From: Styela clava
Lineage: Eukaryota
Length of the DNA stretch: 64,000 nt
Assembly (NCBI RefSeq): GCF_964204865.1
Contig: NC_135264.1
Coordinates: 8,618,001-8,682,000, forward strand
Direction of reading: 5' to 3'
The notes under the pieces were generated by a model. It saw only the letters and a list, made by a program, of their open reading frames with translations, was not told where the DNA came from and ran no database searches. The position numbers were made by a program, and so were the translations under genes. Of this stretch, positions 53,701 through 64,000 are shown one piece after another (positions within the stretch are counted from its first letter, which is position 1; the number at the start of each line of letters is the position of its first letter).

Positions 53701-56700
53701 CGGTACATAAAGATGCTCCAACAGTCGTAATAAGAGGCCTACACAAAGCGACGACTATTGGTTATAAACTGGAAGAGCCTACCAATAACGTAGAAAGAGA
53801 ATACGTACTAACAATGAGAGAGGTGAGATAATTAGACTAAACAATAAATACTGATTATTAATCATTAAAAACGCAATTAAAGCGCAACTGTATTTTGAAC
53901 CTGGACTTGAATGACTATTATTCTGGTATATGTGGCAGTATTATCATTATTCAATAGTACCTAGTTATGAATCTGCTCAGTACAAAACGAAACATATATT
54001 TTCCAAATTTATATTTTTGAAATTTTCAGGATGGTTGGACCTATCTTGATACAGATATTCCAGTCAGTCGGGATGATTTCGCTCTCACGTTGACTTACAT
54101 TGACTTCTTTTTAATCAAGGCATCTTACGGACAACTAATGGACCAGTCACGGTAAGAAAAATACTGTGAATATGAATCCAAATTAAATTGGAAAAATGCG
54201 AATGCTGAGACATAAATCGATAATAATTTTAAACAAGTTTCCTTTATTAATTTCAGACTGAGCGATGTTTTTCTTGATGTTGCTGTAGAAGGTACTGGAG
54301 GTAGGGGTGACTCTTCGTCAAGTGGCCCTCCAGCGGTAGGTGTGGAAATATGCGAATGTCCACCCGGATACACAGGACTATCATGTCAGGTATGCTGAAA
54401 AGCGTGTTAAATGCTATAAATTATGATAATTTCATTCAATTGCGTATTTGCATCTTTCAAAACAAACAATTTTACAATATATATATAATATAAATTCGAA
54501 GTTTTGATTTTCACCCCTATTTTTCCTTTTTTTTTTTTATAGATTTGTGATACAGGGTATATGCGAATACGTACTGGTAAATATCTGGGAGAATGTAGGC
54601 CCTGTGCCTGTAATGGAAAAAGCGATATTTGTGACGTCAACACTGGAACGTGTATAGTAAGTACTTGGTATATTAATTCGATGATAAGTCTGTGTAATTT
54701 GTAACATATATGCTTATACAACAATAATATAAAAATTGTAAGCCTAGTTTTATGGGACTTTCTCCATACATGGTATAATTTTATCACCATCGTTTCAAAT
54801 ACTTATTAGTCCCAATATTTACTATGCTCTCTTTCCTTCTAGAGACCTTGTTCATTATGTGTCAATAAAGATATCAGATTCCTAATTATTATTGAAATTT
54901 GTGCAACAATAAGTAACAATTGGTATTTCAGGGTTGCAAAGATAACTTCGTAGGAGACAGATGCGAGCAATGTGCCCTTGGATTTTACCTCACATCCGGT
55001 CCCTCTGGACCGGTGTGCAAGAAGTGCTTATGTCCATTGGGAAGTCCTGAAAATAATTTCAGTCCAACGTGTCATTCTGATGGTTCCGATGGATATATAT
55101 GTGATGCTTGCCCGGCTGGGTACACTGGTATACATTGCGAGCAGTAAGTAGAAATTTCTTCCTCTTCTACTGTCCTTCACAATTCATTCAAATATGTGAT
55201 TCCGGGATAATATATATTTTTTCAGATGTTCTCCTGGTCATTTTGGGGATCCTATGTCACCAGGAGGATTTTGTCAAAAATGTGGATGCAATCCGTCCGG
55301 ATCTACGAGCTTAGATTGTGATCGGATAACCGGAAAATGTAATTGCCAACCCGGTATAACCGGAAGAGTTTGTGATCAATGTAGACCAAGACACGCTATC
55401 ACAGAAGATGGATGTATACGTAAGTGTTCTCTTCTCGTACAAAATGGAGTATTTTGTATTGGTTATACAGCAAGAAATATTAATAATTACCATAATTATT
55501 CACAATTAAAGTTTATAATTATTACATTTCTGTAATTTTACAAAATTGTCGGTGTTTAGCCTGCGACGATGAATGTTCCGGGAAATTATTGGAAGAAATT
55601 GAAGCCTTGACCACAACCACGCGAGCAGTTGACTTGAACAATTTGTTTCCACCTCCTTGGGATAGACTATTGAGAGCAGAGAATAAAACTCATAAATTAC
55701 AAGTAAGTTTTTCCTTCGTCAACCTTTTTATCGTTTGTATTGACGCCGTCTCTTGATTTCTTCAAAAGTAGAGACAGGAAATATATCAGCTTACTCTGGA
55801 GCTCACAAACGTTTAGTCCGAGTCGAGGCGGTTTACTGATCTTTACGTGTTTGTCTTCTCGTTAATTCAATTTCTCTTCCTTTTCTCACTTGCAATTATC
55901 TCACTGCACTTCTTTGACTGCACTCTTCTATTTTCCTTTGAGTAGAGACAGTAAATATATGAGCTTAGCTCATGAGCTTACTTTGAAGTTCGCAAAAGTT
56001 TTGAGTATGTCGATACCGTTTACTTCTCTTTCACGTGTTTGATTTTTTCTTCAATTCAAATTATCTCTTTTTTTTCACTCTTGCATCTATCTTACTGCAC
56101 TTCTTTGACTGCACTCTTCTTTATGCTCACTCTCTTCTTTTCTCCTCGGACACGGCGCAGCCTTTTTTGAAGATTCTCCTTCACCGAAGGAGAGAATTCG
56201 AGGTCTATAGATGTCGAATGCTCAAGGTATATTTTTTCGTCTTCTCACTAAATATTGAGAAATGGTTGAATTTCAATACCACAGTATACTCATTGTTTTA
56301 ATATTTTGCTTTATATGTTTTAGGGTTTCATGGACGAAGCATTGACCAACGCTATGGACACCGTTACAGTGGTGACCGAACTTAAACCTGAATTACAAAA
56401 ACTCAATTCAACATTAGACAAAGCTGTAGATCAGGCAAGTATAATAATTTTTTCAATATGATTTTTACTGTGTAAAAGTATCGGAATTTGTTACATTATA
56501 TATATACCGATGCAGGCTATTTATTGACTATTTATATATTTTTTACAGTCGAAAATGTGCTATCTGGATGGCGAAGACGTCGTTTACCAAGCAAATCGCA
56601 CGCATCATAAAGTACAAAAGCGAAAAGAAAAAATTGAAGGAACAATCAAAAACATCGATGAATTATCAGGTCGTTTGCGACGTCTGTTAGAACGACTTCA

Positions 56701-59700
56701 AAACGGGACAGTGATAGACGATTCCGAGATTGTTGTTGGAATTGCAGAACTTATAACTCAATTAAGAAATAGAGATCTGTCAAAATACAAGGATGTAGCA
56801 GATGAAGAACTAAGGTATTGAAGTCAAAATAATGTCATACAAAAACGTTTTGGACCCATATGACGTCATATGGGGAAATTCGATTTTGTATTTGTCTGTG
56901 ATTAGAAATATACTATATAGCGCTATACGGGGATTTATGCCATAGCAGAGCTTATCACCAACAACGTACACATCATGTTGAAACATGGTGGCGTCCTGTT
57001 GAGTGTGGACAACTCACAATTGTGAGCGTTTATATCACTCAGTTTCGCGATAGTTAAGCTAGGTATTTAATCTTCAAAGGTAAATTCACAACTTTATATT
57101 CAGGTTGGCTGATGAACTTATGGATAGAGTAATTGAAAAATTTACCAATACCTCCAATGACGTCATCAATCGTTATAATCAATCAAAACAGAAGATTGCA
57201 GAAAAGATTCACGACGCGTTAGACAAATTAGAGGATTTATTACAGAAGGCTTTAGCTGCGAGAACAATTGCCATGGAAGTCGACAAAATGAATAATATGA
57301 ACAACCAAACAATCAGACAACTAAAGGTAAATTATAACCGCATCAACTGCCCTTACAGAGCCCTATTAGTTGATAGGCACCGAAACTATTATTTGTGAGA
57401 TTAAACGGCCGGGTATATAGCTAACAACACGGCCCAACTATGTTTATTTAGTAGATTTCAGGGTGCAATATTTCGGGCAGGCTATGTTCGACCCACAAGG
57501 CTCCTCACATTGTAACTGCCTATGGCGACGTGCCTTATTTCATTCACAGTTTAACATTATTGATTATACGCGTGGTAATAGTTTGCATATGTAGTTAGGG
57601 ACTATTATTTTATTGTGACTCTTGATATAACAGATAATTCAAATTTTTTTACATTTATTTTATTATAACAGGCAGACATTGAAAGGTTAGAAAACGAAGT
57701 TGTCATGGTTGAAATAATTTTGAAAGACACACGAAGAGTTATAAATGAAACAGAAAATGCAATCAGGAGAACTGCAAATTATATAGAGGTAACTTGAAAA
57801 TTTTATTTTACGTAATTTATTGCTGATTATTCCTGCAAATTAATATGCTATTTATTAACACAGGATCTCAAAATGAGAGGGGACAAGTTGCGTCAAATGC
57901 TTCAGGAGTTGATGAGAGAATCAGATAAAATAGCAATGGTACAGGATCAATTGATTTTGTTGAAATTACTTGTAAAGCAAGCACGGGAACACGAAAGAGA
58001 ATTGGTTGAATTAGCAGACTATTTTCAAAAGTAAGTTCTAAAGCAATGCAAAATTGAATTCAACAAATTCATGATTCATTTGCAATTATTTCGAATAAAT
58101 AATAGGACTGAGCTATTTGAAATAAATATCCGAATCGTATCGTAAATTATTCAAATCGGTTCGAACGACATTTCGAATCGCCGTCCTCTCGTTTTTTATT
58201 TTCCGCAAAAGATCGAATTGAATCCCTAAATTTTTTTTATTGAGGCAATACTTTTACAATTCAGTTTTGACATACGACTTTTTCCTACTAGTGAGTTATT
58301 GATTAAACATGTTTTTTTTATCGTTTGTGAATACTCAGAGTGATGAATGTTATGTTTTCAGTAATTTTTGTGCATGGAGAACCCATTAATATAAAAAAAA
58401 AAGTCATATACGATTGAATATCGTCCAAGTATTCGAGATTCGATTTGATTCAAAAAATATTTGAAAACCTGAAATCATCGGGTATTCGAAAATGCCCAGC
58501 CCTAGTTCTTAATTTGCGCATTCTCTCAGTGATGTTATTCTAGTTAATAAGACGTTAGTATATTTCATTATTGTATGAGCTAGAATATTTATCTTATTGT
58601 GTTTAGGGTATATAACAATATAAGTGGGACTTCATTTAATCAAACGGATGCTGCTACAAGATATCCCAGAATTGTGGAAATTATGAACAAAGCTAATAAA
58701 ACTGCCTACGATGCATTGGGATTATCTATGGATGCGGTTGAATTGGTAAGAGAATGCTTTCTAGTTATTTTGTTAATCTTTAAAATTGTATGATAATAAT
58801 ATTATGTTTTTAAATAACAGGGAAAAGGTAATCTGAACGAAAGGGCAGAAGCTGCTCTCGACAGCGCAATGGATTTGGTCAACGAAGTATCTGATATGAA
58901 AGACACAATTAAAAGTATGTTCCCTTTTCTAAGCTTTTTTGACCTAATTTCTTATCAGCTTGAGAACATTTTTAAATTTGTATTGTGAATAATGCAGGTG
59001 AAAAGCAAAAGCTACGTCAGGTGAAGAATCAAACTAGAGTTGCTAACATTACCGCAAGCGATTTAGAAAAGAAATTCAACAAAATCAAAAAATCAATCAA
59101 CAAACTGAATACAGGTAACACTTTGAGAATTAAAATGCCTCTTAACGCAAATATACAGCTATCGTTTTTTACTTATCATTTCTGTAAATTTTTCAGACAT
59201 TTCTCCAAACCCTAATGACGTCATCGAGAAGGCTGAGAAGACAAATGCTATGTCCGATGAAGTTATGGCCGCAGCAATGGAATTGGAAAAAAAAGTAAAT
59301 GATCTGGAAAATGCTGTTGAAATCGCAAATAACTATTCTGACGTCATAAAAGAAATAAGAGATAACCGTAAGCTGGTTTCTGGTCTTTCTGTTATAAACT
59401 TTCTCTCATTTTTCTTAACCCTTTTTCTTCTTTTTCAAAACTATCTTCTCTCGTTTACCTTCTTCTCTTCGATCTCGTTTCTTCATTTCAAGCATTTTGG
59501 GGTATGTCAATTATTTATTTTTAAACATCCGACCGGACATGTGTCGTAGATAAATCCACCAACTTATCTATGGCATATGCATTGTCAGTGTTTATTTTTA
59601 AACATATTTTATACGTTATTATAGTTGAAAGCGTACCGGACGTACTAAAAAAAGCCAACGACAAAGTTGCAGAAGGGAAGTTGAAACAGAATAAAAATGA

Positions 59701-62700
59701 AATGAAAAGCGATGAAGTCCGTTCGAGAATTGATGATCTAAGGAAACAAATTGAAGAAACGCGAATGAAAGCTGCATCAGTACGTCAGCTTTATATTTGT
59801 ACTTTATTAAAGAACACCACTCTTTAATTTCCAAATCATGCAAATATTTTTCCAAACACGACATTTGTTTAAAAGTTTCAAATTTATTTACTCATATTTA
59901 GAATTCATAAAATATCATGCAGGAAGACTAAAGTTCAGCCCATTTTGAGAAATAATTATTGGCAAATGGGCAATTTAAATTTTCTACAAATACATTCACA
60001 AACAAATGGGCATTGCATTCCAATCGAAATACGGAATTCGATCTTTTGATTTTTTAAATGAAAGCACACTTTCTTTATTATTTTTTATTATACACGTATC
60101 TACTTTCACTTTTAGATACGAAAAGCTTCAGTCAAATCGGAAGGCCTATGTACAATGAGGTATTTGCCTAGAGTTGCACCTGGACGGATTACTGATATTG
60201 TGTTGCAATTCATGGCAGTGAATACAAACAACACACTTTTCTACATGGGAAGGGATGAGGTAAATCAATAACTTTGTCTGTCTGTCTGTCGTTCTGTCTT
60301 AATGTTGTTTGTAAATTTAATATATGATATCGTGTTGCAAACCATGGCAGTGGATACAAAAAACACACTTTTCTACATGAGAAGATATGACGTTATTCAA
60401 TAATTTTGTCTGTCCGTCTGTCGGTCTGTCTTACTGTTAATTAATTGTATGTTTAACATATGTTTACTTTTTAGGGTGACTACATTCTAATTCAAACAAT
60501 TAACGGATGCATTCATGTCACTTGGGATTTGGGAAGTGGGAAAGGAGAAATCTTAAACCCAGTCGACGTCACGAAGAATCCACTCCTTGAAAAAGATTGG
60601 TTCCGAGTTGAAATAAGCCGGTGAGAAATGAAGTTTCCTTTCTGTTTTTATTTTTGCATTGCTCCGAGCGAACAGTGTTAAAATTTTCTCTATTTCGACA
60701 GGCTTGATAGCGACATGAATGTGACAGTATACCAAATGATCGACAAAGACGGAACCGAAGTTACAATCCCCGGTACGAGTCCTGGTGAATCATTCAGCTT
60801 GGACATTGACGAGAGAGATAACTTATACATCGGAGGTGTTCCACAAACAGTAAAAGTAAGTATAATCCTCTCTAAAATATTTGTTGAAATGGTTGCAGTT
60901 TAAAGCCTTACAAATATATTTTTACTTAGCTCCCAGATACCGTGCCTGTTCGATCATTTACTGGATGCATGGGTGAAGCAACATTACAAAAGAAACTGGT
61001 GGGAATGTGGAATTTTAGAGAAGTCAGCGATCCATCTCACTGCGATGGCTGCTTTGCAAGGTAAGCTTCATATAAACATGTATATAATCCCTCACTTTAA
61101 TTGATTCAATATTGATAAATTAAACTACCAGTTATTACTTTAAATCTTAATCTATAGTCCACAAGACAAACCGAGTACTTCACCAACAGTATATGGATTC
61201 AACGGGGAGAGCTATACCGTTCTTCAAGAACCTTTGTCTGCGCGTGGTAGCAACCATCTCACCTTACTAGATTTTGAATTCAAGACCTTTAGTACCAAAG
61301 GCTTACTGCTATATAAAGGATCTTCGATAACGGTAAGATAATGAATAAAAGTTTTCTATATGGTAATTGTGTTGAATTGGTTATCCACAATGTTATTTGA
61401 AGTTTTTCATCATTACATGTAAACTTGTCTTCAGTGAAGTGATTCAAAATTAAAAGAGTTAAGACTTCTGTGCACCATTTTTTTTTTTGTTGTCGTTTCT
61501 GTATTAAGTTGCAAAAGAGAACTTTTTTTATTACGTTCACAAAACAACATTTTTTACTCAAAAATAATTCTCCTTTTTTGTAAAAATTTAGAATGATTTT
61601 GCTTCGGTTGAATTGGTCGATGGAAGAATTGTGGCAAGAATAAATCTTGGCAATGGAATGCATATACTGACTACAGAAAAGAGATACAATACCGGAAAAT
61701 GGATTAAGACGTTTTTCAGAAGACTGCAGGGAAAAGGTAAGAAGAGAAAGCAAATGAATTTTAATTGCTATTACATGATGTAATAGGACAACAACAACGC
61801 AATAATTTGTTTACGATTCGTCTATTTTCTTTTCAATTTACGGATCAGGATCCGGATCAGGATCAATTATCTTATCTGGAATCCAGCCCAATGCTACTCG
61901 AATCATTACAGAAATATATATTTCAACACTCTTGAATCGCGTAGAATAGTTATGTTCACTTTTGCTTCACCATTCAGATACATCAGCACAGAAGTATATA
62001 AGCAGTTGGTACCACATAAACGTAATTGATAGCACAAACGTAATATTTACCAATATATAAAATAAGACATGAACAGTTGGCTTTCCAAGTCTCAATTTTT
62101 TAGGCCCTTTCACATGAAAAACAACAAAATAGACTTCCATGGTTTATATTACAAATAAGTATGTAAAATGACTGCTTTTCAATGATATTGAAGGTCAAAC
62201 ATTTTTATCAAAATATTTGGAATCTTTATTTTCAGTACAACTCATCGCACGATCATCTGCAACCGAAGTCGAAATGCTAAAACTCCAAATAAACGGAAGT
62301 GATGGTCTTTTGAATATGACCTCTACTGACCTAACTTGCATTGGTGGTTGCCCTTCTCAAATCGTTCTGACGTAAGTATTTTAATGACGTCTTTTAAACT
62401 TCTTAATATACTTTACATAGTTTAGTAGATGTAAATATATGCCATGTACGTATATGGGAGTCCTAATTGAATCGTAACAAAATGATCGATTAAAATAATG
62501 AATATAGGAAATTGACAGCTTTCAATATTGACTTATATTGTCACCGTTTATGAATAAAATATAACTTAATCGCTACCTTGTTATGTTCATAAATTACAAA
62601 CTTTTCAAATCGTTAGAATATTTTTTTTCCGTATGGGAATGCATGCATTTGATTCCTACATGTTTTTTATAATATGTTGTCATGTTCACTCACTTTTGTC

Positions 62701-63888
62701 ATAAAATCCATATTTTTATGTTCATAACAGCCATATCTTCAACTATTACCTAAGGTATCCAGTGTGACAGTAGAATGAATATTAGCATCCTAACTCACTT
62801 TTTAAAGTGCATTTTAGATCAACTTATGTGTGGTGTAGAATATAAAACAAAAACTTATATATACGATCTTAAGCATGTATTTGGATTATGCATTGTAGCA
62901 CGTGTTTTATAGTTTGATTTACAATAAATTACCTTGATTTTTTTGCTACCGATATTTTTATTTTTAATTGTGTATATAAAAGCTTTTCGAAACTTGGTTC
63001 AAATTATTCCGTTTACATTTTCATGACTTTACACTATCTGTTTCTAAATACTCATTAATGTGTAAAAAAAAATCACATGCGGAAATAAATAAAGTAAGAC
63101 TATACACCAACCAGTATTTATAGCAGCCAGGAATGTAATTATTTGCGTGTATTACAACTGAAATCTTACATTCGTTTTGAATTACTACCATTTTGCATCA
63201 GGAAATTCAGAATGTTTTTATAAAAATAGTTGTATACTTAGCCATGCTTTATTTATCCAACAGCACCCCTGTTCAAGAAACTGGCTTTGTTGGATGCATG
63301 AAAGGCTTATCGGTGTTTGGAGTCGTTCAACCCTTATCCGGTTCCGGAAACAACGTGCTCCGGTTTTCACAAGTTGATACAACCTGCCCAGCAGAGGTTT
63401 GTATTCTTTTATTTATTGAATCAAGTTTCATTTCTTTTAACTTACTAAGATTGTCTTAATGAATGACAATGAATTATAGGTATCACGTGACATTGGTATC
63501 GACGACGATGGATTTGTTGAACTTAACGGTCACAATCTTCCAACTACTGGATCGGTGTCTATTACATTTAATTCAATGGAACCGGATGCTTTGTTGCTAT
63601 TGGCAACCGATGACGTCACCTCAAGAAGGAAGCGAAGACGAAGGCAATCAAATAACGTAAGTAAATATTGTTTTCAAAAATACAATTCCTTGTTGAAAAC
63701 CACGTTTTTTTTATTCAAAAAATAATTCAAATTTTTTTCCAGAATTTCTATTCTCTTTCTCTCAACGCTGGCCATGTAGAAGCTCGTCTCAGAACTTCAA
63801 ACGGGTCGCCCCTCATATTGAGATCAAAATCGAGTATTTATTCCGACGGAGACGAACATACCGCACAAATACGAAGAGAAAACGAAGT
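8377..63888 (+). CDS. LAMA1/2: Laminin subunit alpha-1/alpha-2-like, multi-exon, 3' incomplete (gene span)
   Basis: About 50 phase-consistent GT(GC)-AG exons. They encode LN ([49 protein letters not shown]), 17 LE modules interrupted by two L4 domains, a heptad coiled coil and LG domains. Two L4 domains plus 17 LE is the alpha1/alpha2 layout, and LG3 carries the alpha2-type RRKRR.Q site. Confidence 0.95.
14786..14936 (+). CDS. Laminin alpha candidate first exon B (signal peptide-like)
   Basis: [50 protein letters not shown] ends at A|GTGAGT, phase 1, compatible with the acceptor at 25822. Confidence 0.4.
22979..23654 (+). CDS. LAMA1/2: Laminin alpha candidate first exon C (long N-terminal extension plus hydrophobic segment)
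   Basis: Lies in a 259-codon open frame. 173 polar residues precede [14 protein letters not shown], followed by [10 protein letters not shown]. It ends at GAAG|GTACAG, phase 1, compatible with 25823. Confidence 0.7.
25823..35119 (+). CDS. LAMA1/2: Laminin N-terminal (LN / domain VI) exons
   Basis: Exons 25823-25971, 26792-26929, 34506-34751 and 34940-35119; canonical splice sites, matching phases and LN motifs. Confidence 0.93.
28697..28887 (-). mobile_element. tRNA-derived SINE
   Basis: Minus strand: A-box-like GGCGCAATGGTTAAGC, B-box GAGTTCAAATCCC, an unrelated body and an A10 tail (T-run 28697-28706). No complete cloverleaf. Confidence 0.7.
42958..43350 (+). CDS. Intronic signal-peptide exon (candidate internal first exon D of the laminin, LN-less isoform)
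   Basis: gccaagATGg start, then [26 protein letters not shown] and a Tyr/Arg-rich segment. 131 codons end at CAT|GTAAGT, phase 0, compatible with the phase-0 acceptor at 45106. Confidence 0.65.
45107..46429 (+). CDS. LAMA1/2: End of LN and LE1-LE5 (first half) exons
   Basis: Exons 45107-45196, 45315-45426, 45530-45677, 45824-46033, 46102-46204 and 46296-46429; CICYGHA, CNCNGHA and [17 protein letters not shown] motifs. Confidence 0.95.
46514..47064. repeat. Tandem array, about 2.9 copies of a 188-bp unit (MITE-related)
   Basis: Units start at 46514, 46702 and 46890 (cccagt.gttactcccgtagtatg...). They are near-identical; the third copy has an extra ATAT. Confidence 0.95.
47232..48200 (+). 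CDS. LAMA1/2: L4a (laminin IV/B) domain exons
   Basis: Exons 47232-47401, 47480-47589, 47662-47873 and 48069-48200; [31 protein letters not shown] and [16 protein letters not shown] motifs. Confidence 0.93.
48208..48394 (+). mobile_element. Short interspersed repeat fragment in intron
   Basis: The terminal motif taagagagcaacgctcaaatatatggatacgaa recurs inverted at 1712-1744. The right boundary is approximate. Confidence 0.45.
48457..50583 (+). CDS. LAMA1/2: LE6-LE14 (first half) rod exons
   Basis: Exons 48457-48532, 48624-48706, 48789-48911, 48986-49143, 49234-49379, 49454-49771, 49996-50102 and 50313-50583; 8-Cys laminin EGF-like repeats. Confidence 0.95.
53067..54389 (+). CDS. LAMA1/2: L4b domain exons (contains GRGDS)
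   Basis: Exons 53067-53249, 53640-53822, 54030-54151 and 54257-54389; [32 protein letters not shown] and [16 protein letters not shown] motifs. Confidence 0.93.
54543..55419 (+). CDS. LAMA1/2: LE14-LE17 exons
   Basis: Exons 54543-54656, 54932-55143 and 55226-55419; [16 protein letters not shown] and CGCNPSGS motifs. Confidence 0.95.
55560..59779 (+). CDS. LAMA1/2: Coiled-coil (domain I/II) exons
   Basis: Exons 55560-55702, 56324-56434 (GC donor), 56549-56814, 57104-57326, 57672-57788, 57864-58030, 58607-58745, 58821-58914, 58998-59114, 59197-59367 and 59625-59779. Starts [10 protein letters not shown], is heptad-rich, and ends [14 protein letters not shown]. Confidence 0.9.
55768..56120. 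repeat. Diverged two-copy tandem duplication (about 174 bp) in intron
   Basis: gtagagacag.aaatatat.agctta starts at 55768 and 55942; both copies end in ctgcacttctttgactgcactcttct. Confidence 0.8.
58103..58504. mobile_element. hAT-like MITE (TAGGGCTG-type terminal inverted repeats)
   Basis: Left taggactgagctatttgaaata pairs with right tattcgaaaatgcccagcccta; sub-terminal cgaat/attcg repeats lie in opposite orientation. No clear target-site duplication. Confidence 0.6.
60116..63888 (+). CDS. LAMA1/2: Laminin G domain exons (LG1, LG2, start of LG3)
   Basis: Exons 60116-60259, 60475-60620, 60702-60855, 60930-61060, 61158-61332, 61592-61736, 62236-62371, (62731-62754), 63264-63396, 63480-63656 and 63743-63888; [32 protein letters not shown] and GFVGCMK motifs. 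Confidence 0.92.
60194..60432 (+). repeat. 132-bp tandem duplication of an exon 3' end plus donor region
   Basis: 60194-60300 is repeated, diverged, at 60326-60432. Confidence 0.85.
62731..62754 (+). CDS. Candidate 24-nt symmetric micro-exon in LG2
   Basis: ttcataacag|CCATATCTTCAACTATTACCTAAG|gtatcc. It is phase 2/2 like the flanking exons and stop-free in that frame (HIFNYYL). Confidence 0.55.
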
Positions 63889-64000
63889 GTAAGCAGAAAT
63901 TCCTTTATTCATGTAATTCTTCGTGTTTTTGACTTTTCGAAACCCTAATGCTCACCGCATATAAGTTAGGCTATGAAGGCCTATCGTAAATAAGTAAAGA

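Noticed and set aside
61289-61753. 154-aa minus-strand ORF and other antisense or short ORFs in the track
   Set aside because: They are shadows of laminin exons or AT-rich intron read-through, with no domain features.

Overview
AT-rich eukaryotic (animal) genomic DNA. The small-intron, low-GC style suggests an invertebrate chordate such as an ascidian, but this is inference only. Almost the whole window (about 8.4 kb to the end) holds one + strand, intron-rich gene for a laminin alpha chain of the alpha1/alpha2 (wing blister/lam-3) class. Its order is LN, 4 LE, L4a, LE rod, L4b, LE, coiled coil, LG1 to LG3, and it continues past the window end. I traced about 50 phase-consistent exons by hand. 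The most striking feature is the 5' architecture. Three separate upstream segments (8377-8758, 14786-14936, 22979-23654) each encode a hydrophobic signal or anchor and end in a phase-1 donor that fits the first LN exon. A fourth signal-peptide exon (42958-43350) lies inside the 10-kb intron and fits in phase 0 just before the last LN strand. This predicts a multi-promoter laminin with secreted, possibly type-II-anchored, and LN-less isoforms. Other notable items are a 24-nt symmetric micro-exon in LG2, a GRGDS motif in L4b, polybasic furin-type sites in LN and LG3, and a GC-AG intron. The window also has a divergent U6 snRNA copy without a terminator, a tRNA-derived SINE, MITE-like elements, a MITE-related 188-bp tandem array, and strong enrichment of TGACGTCA.
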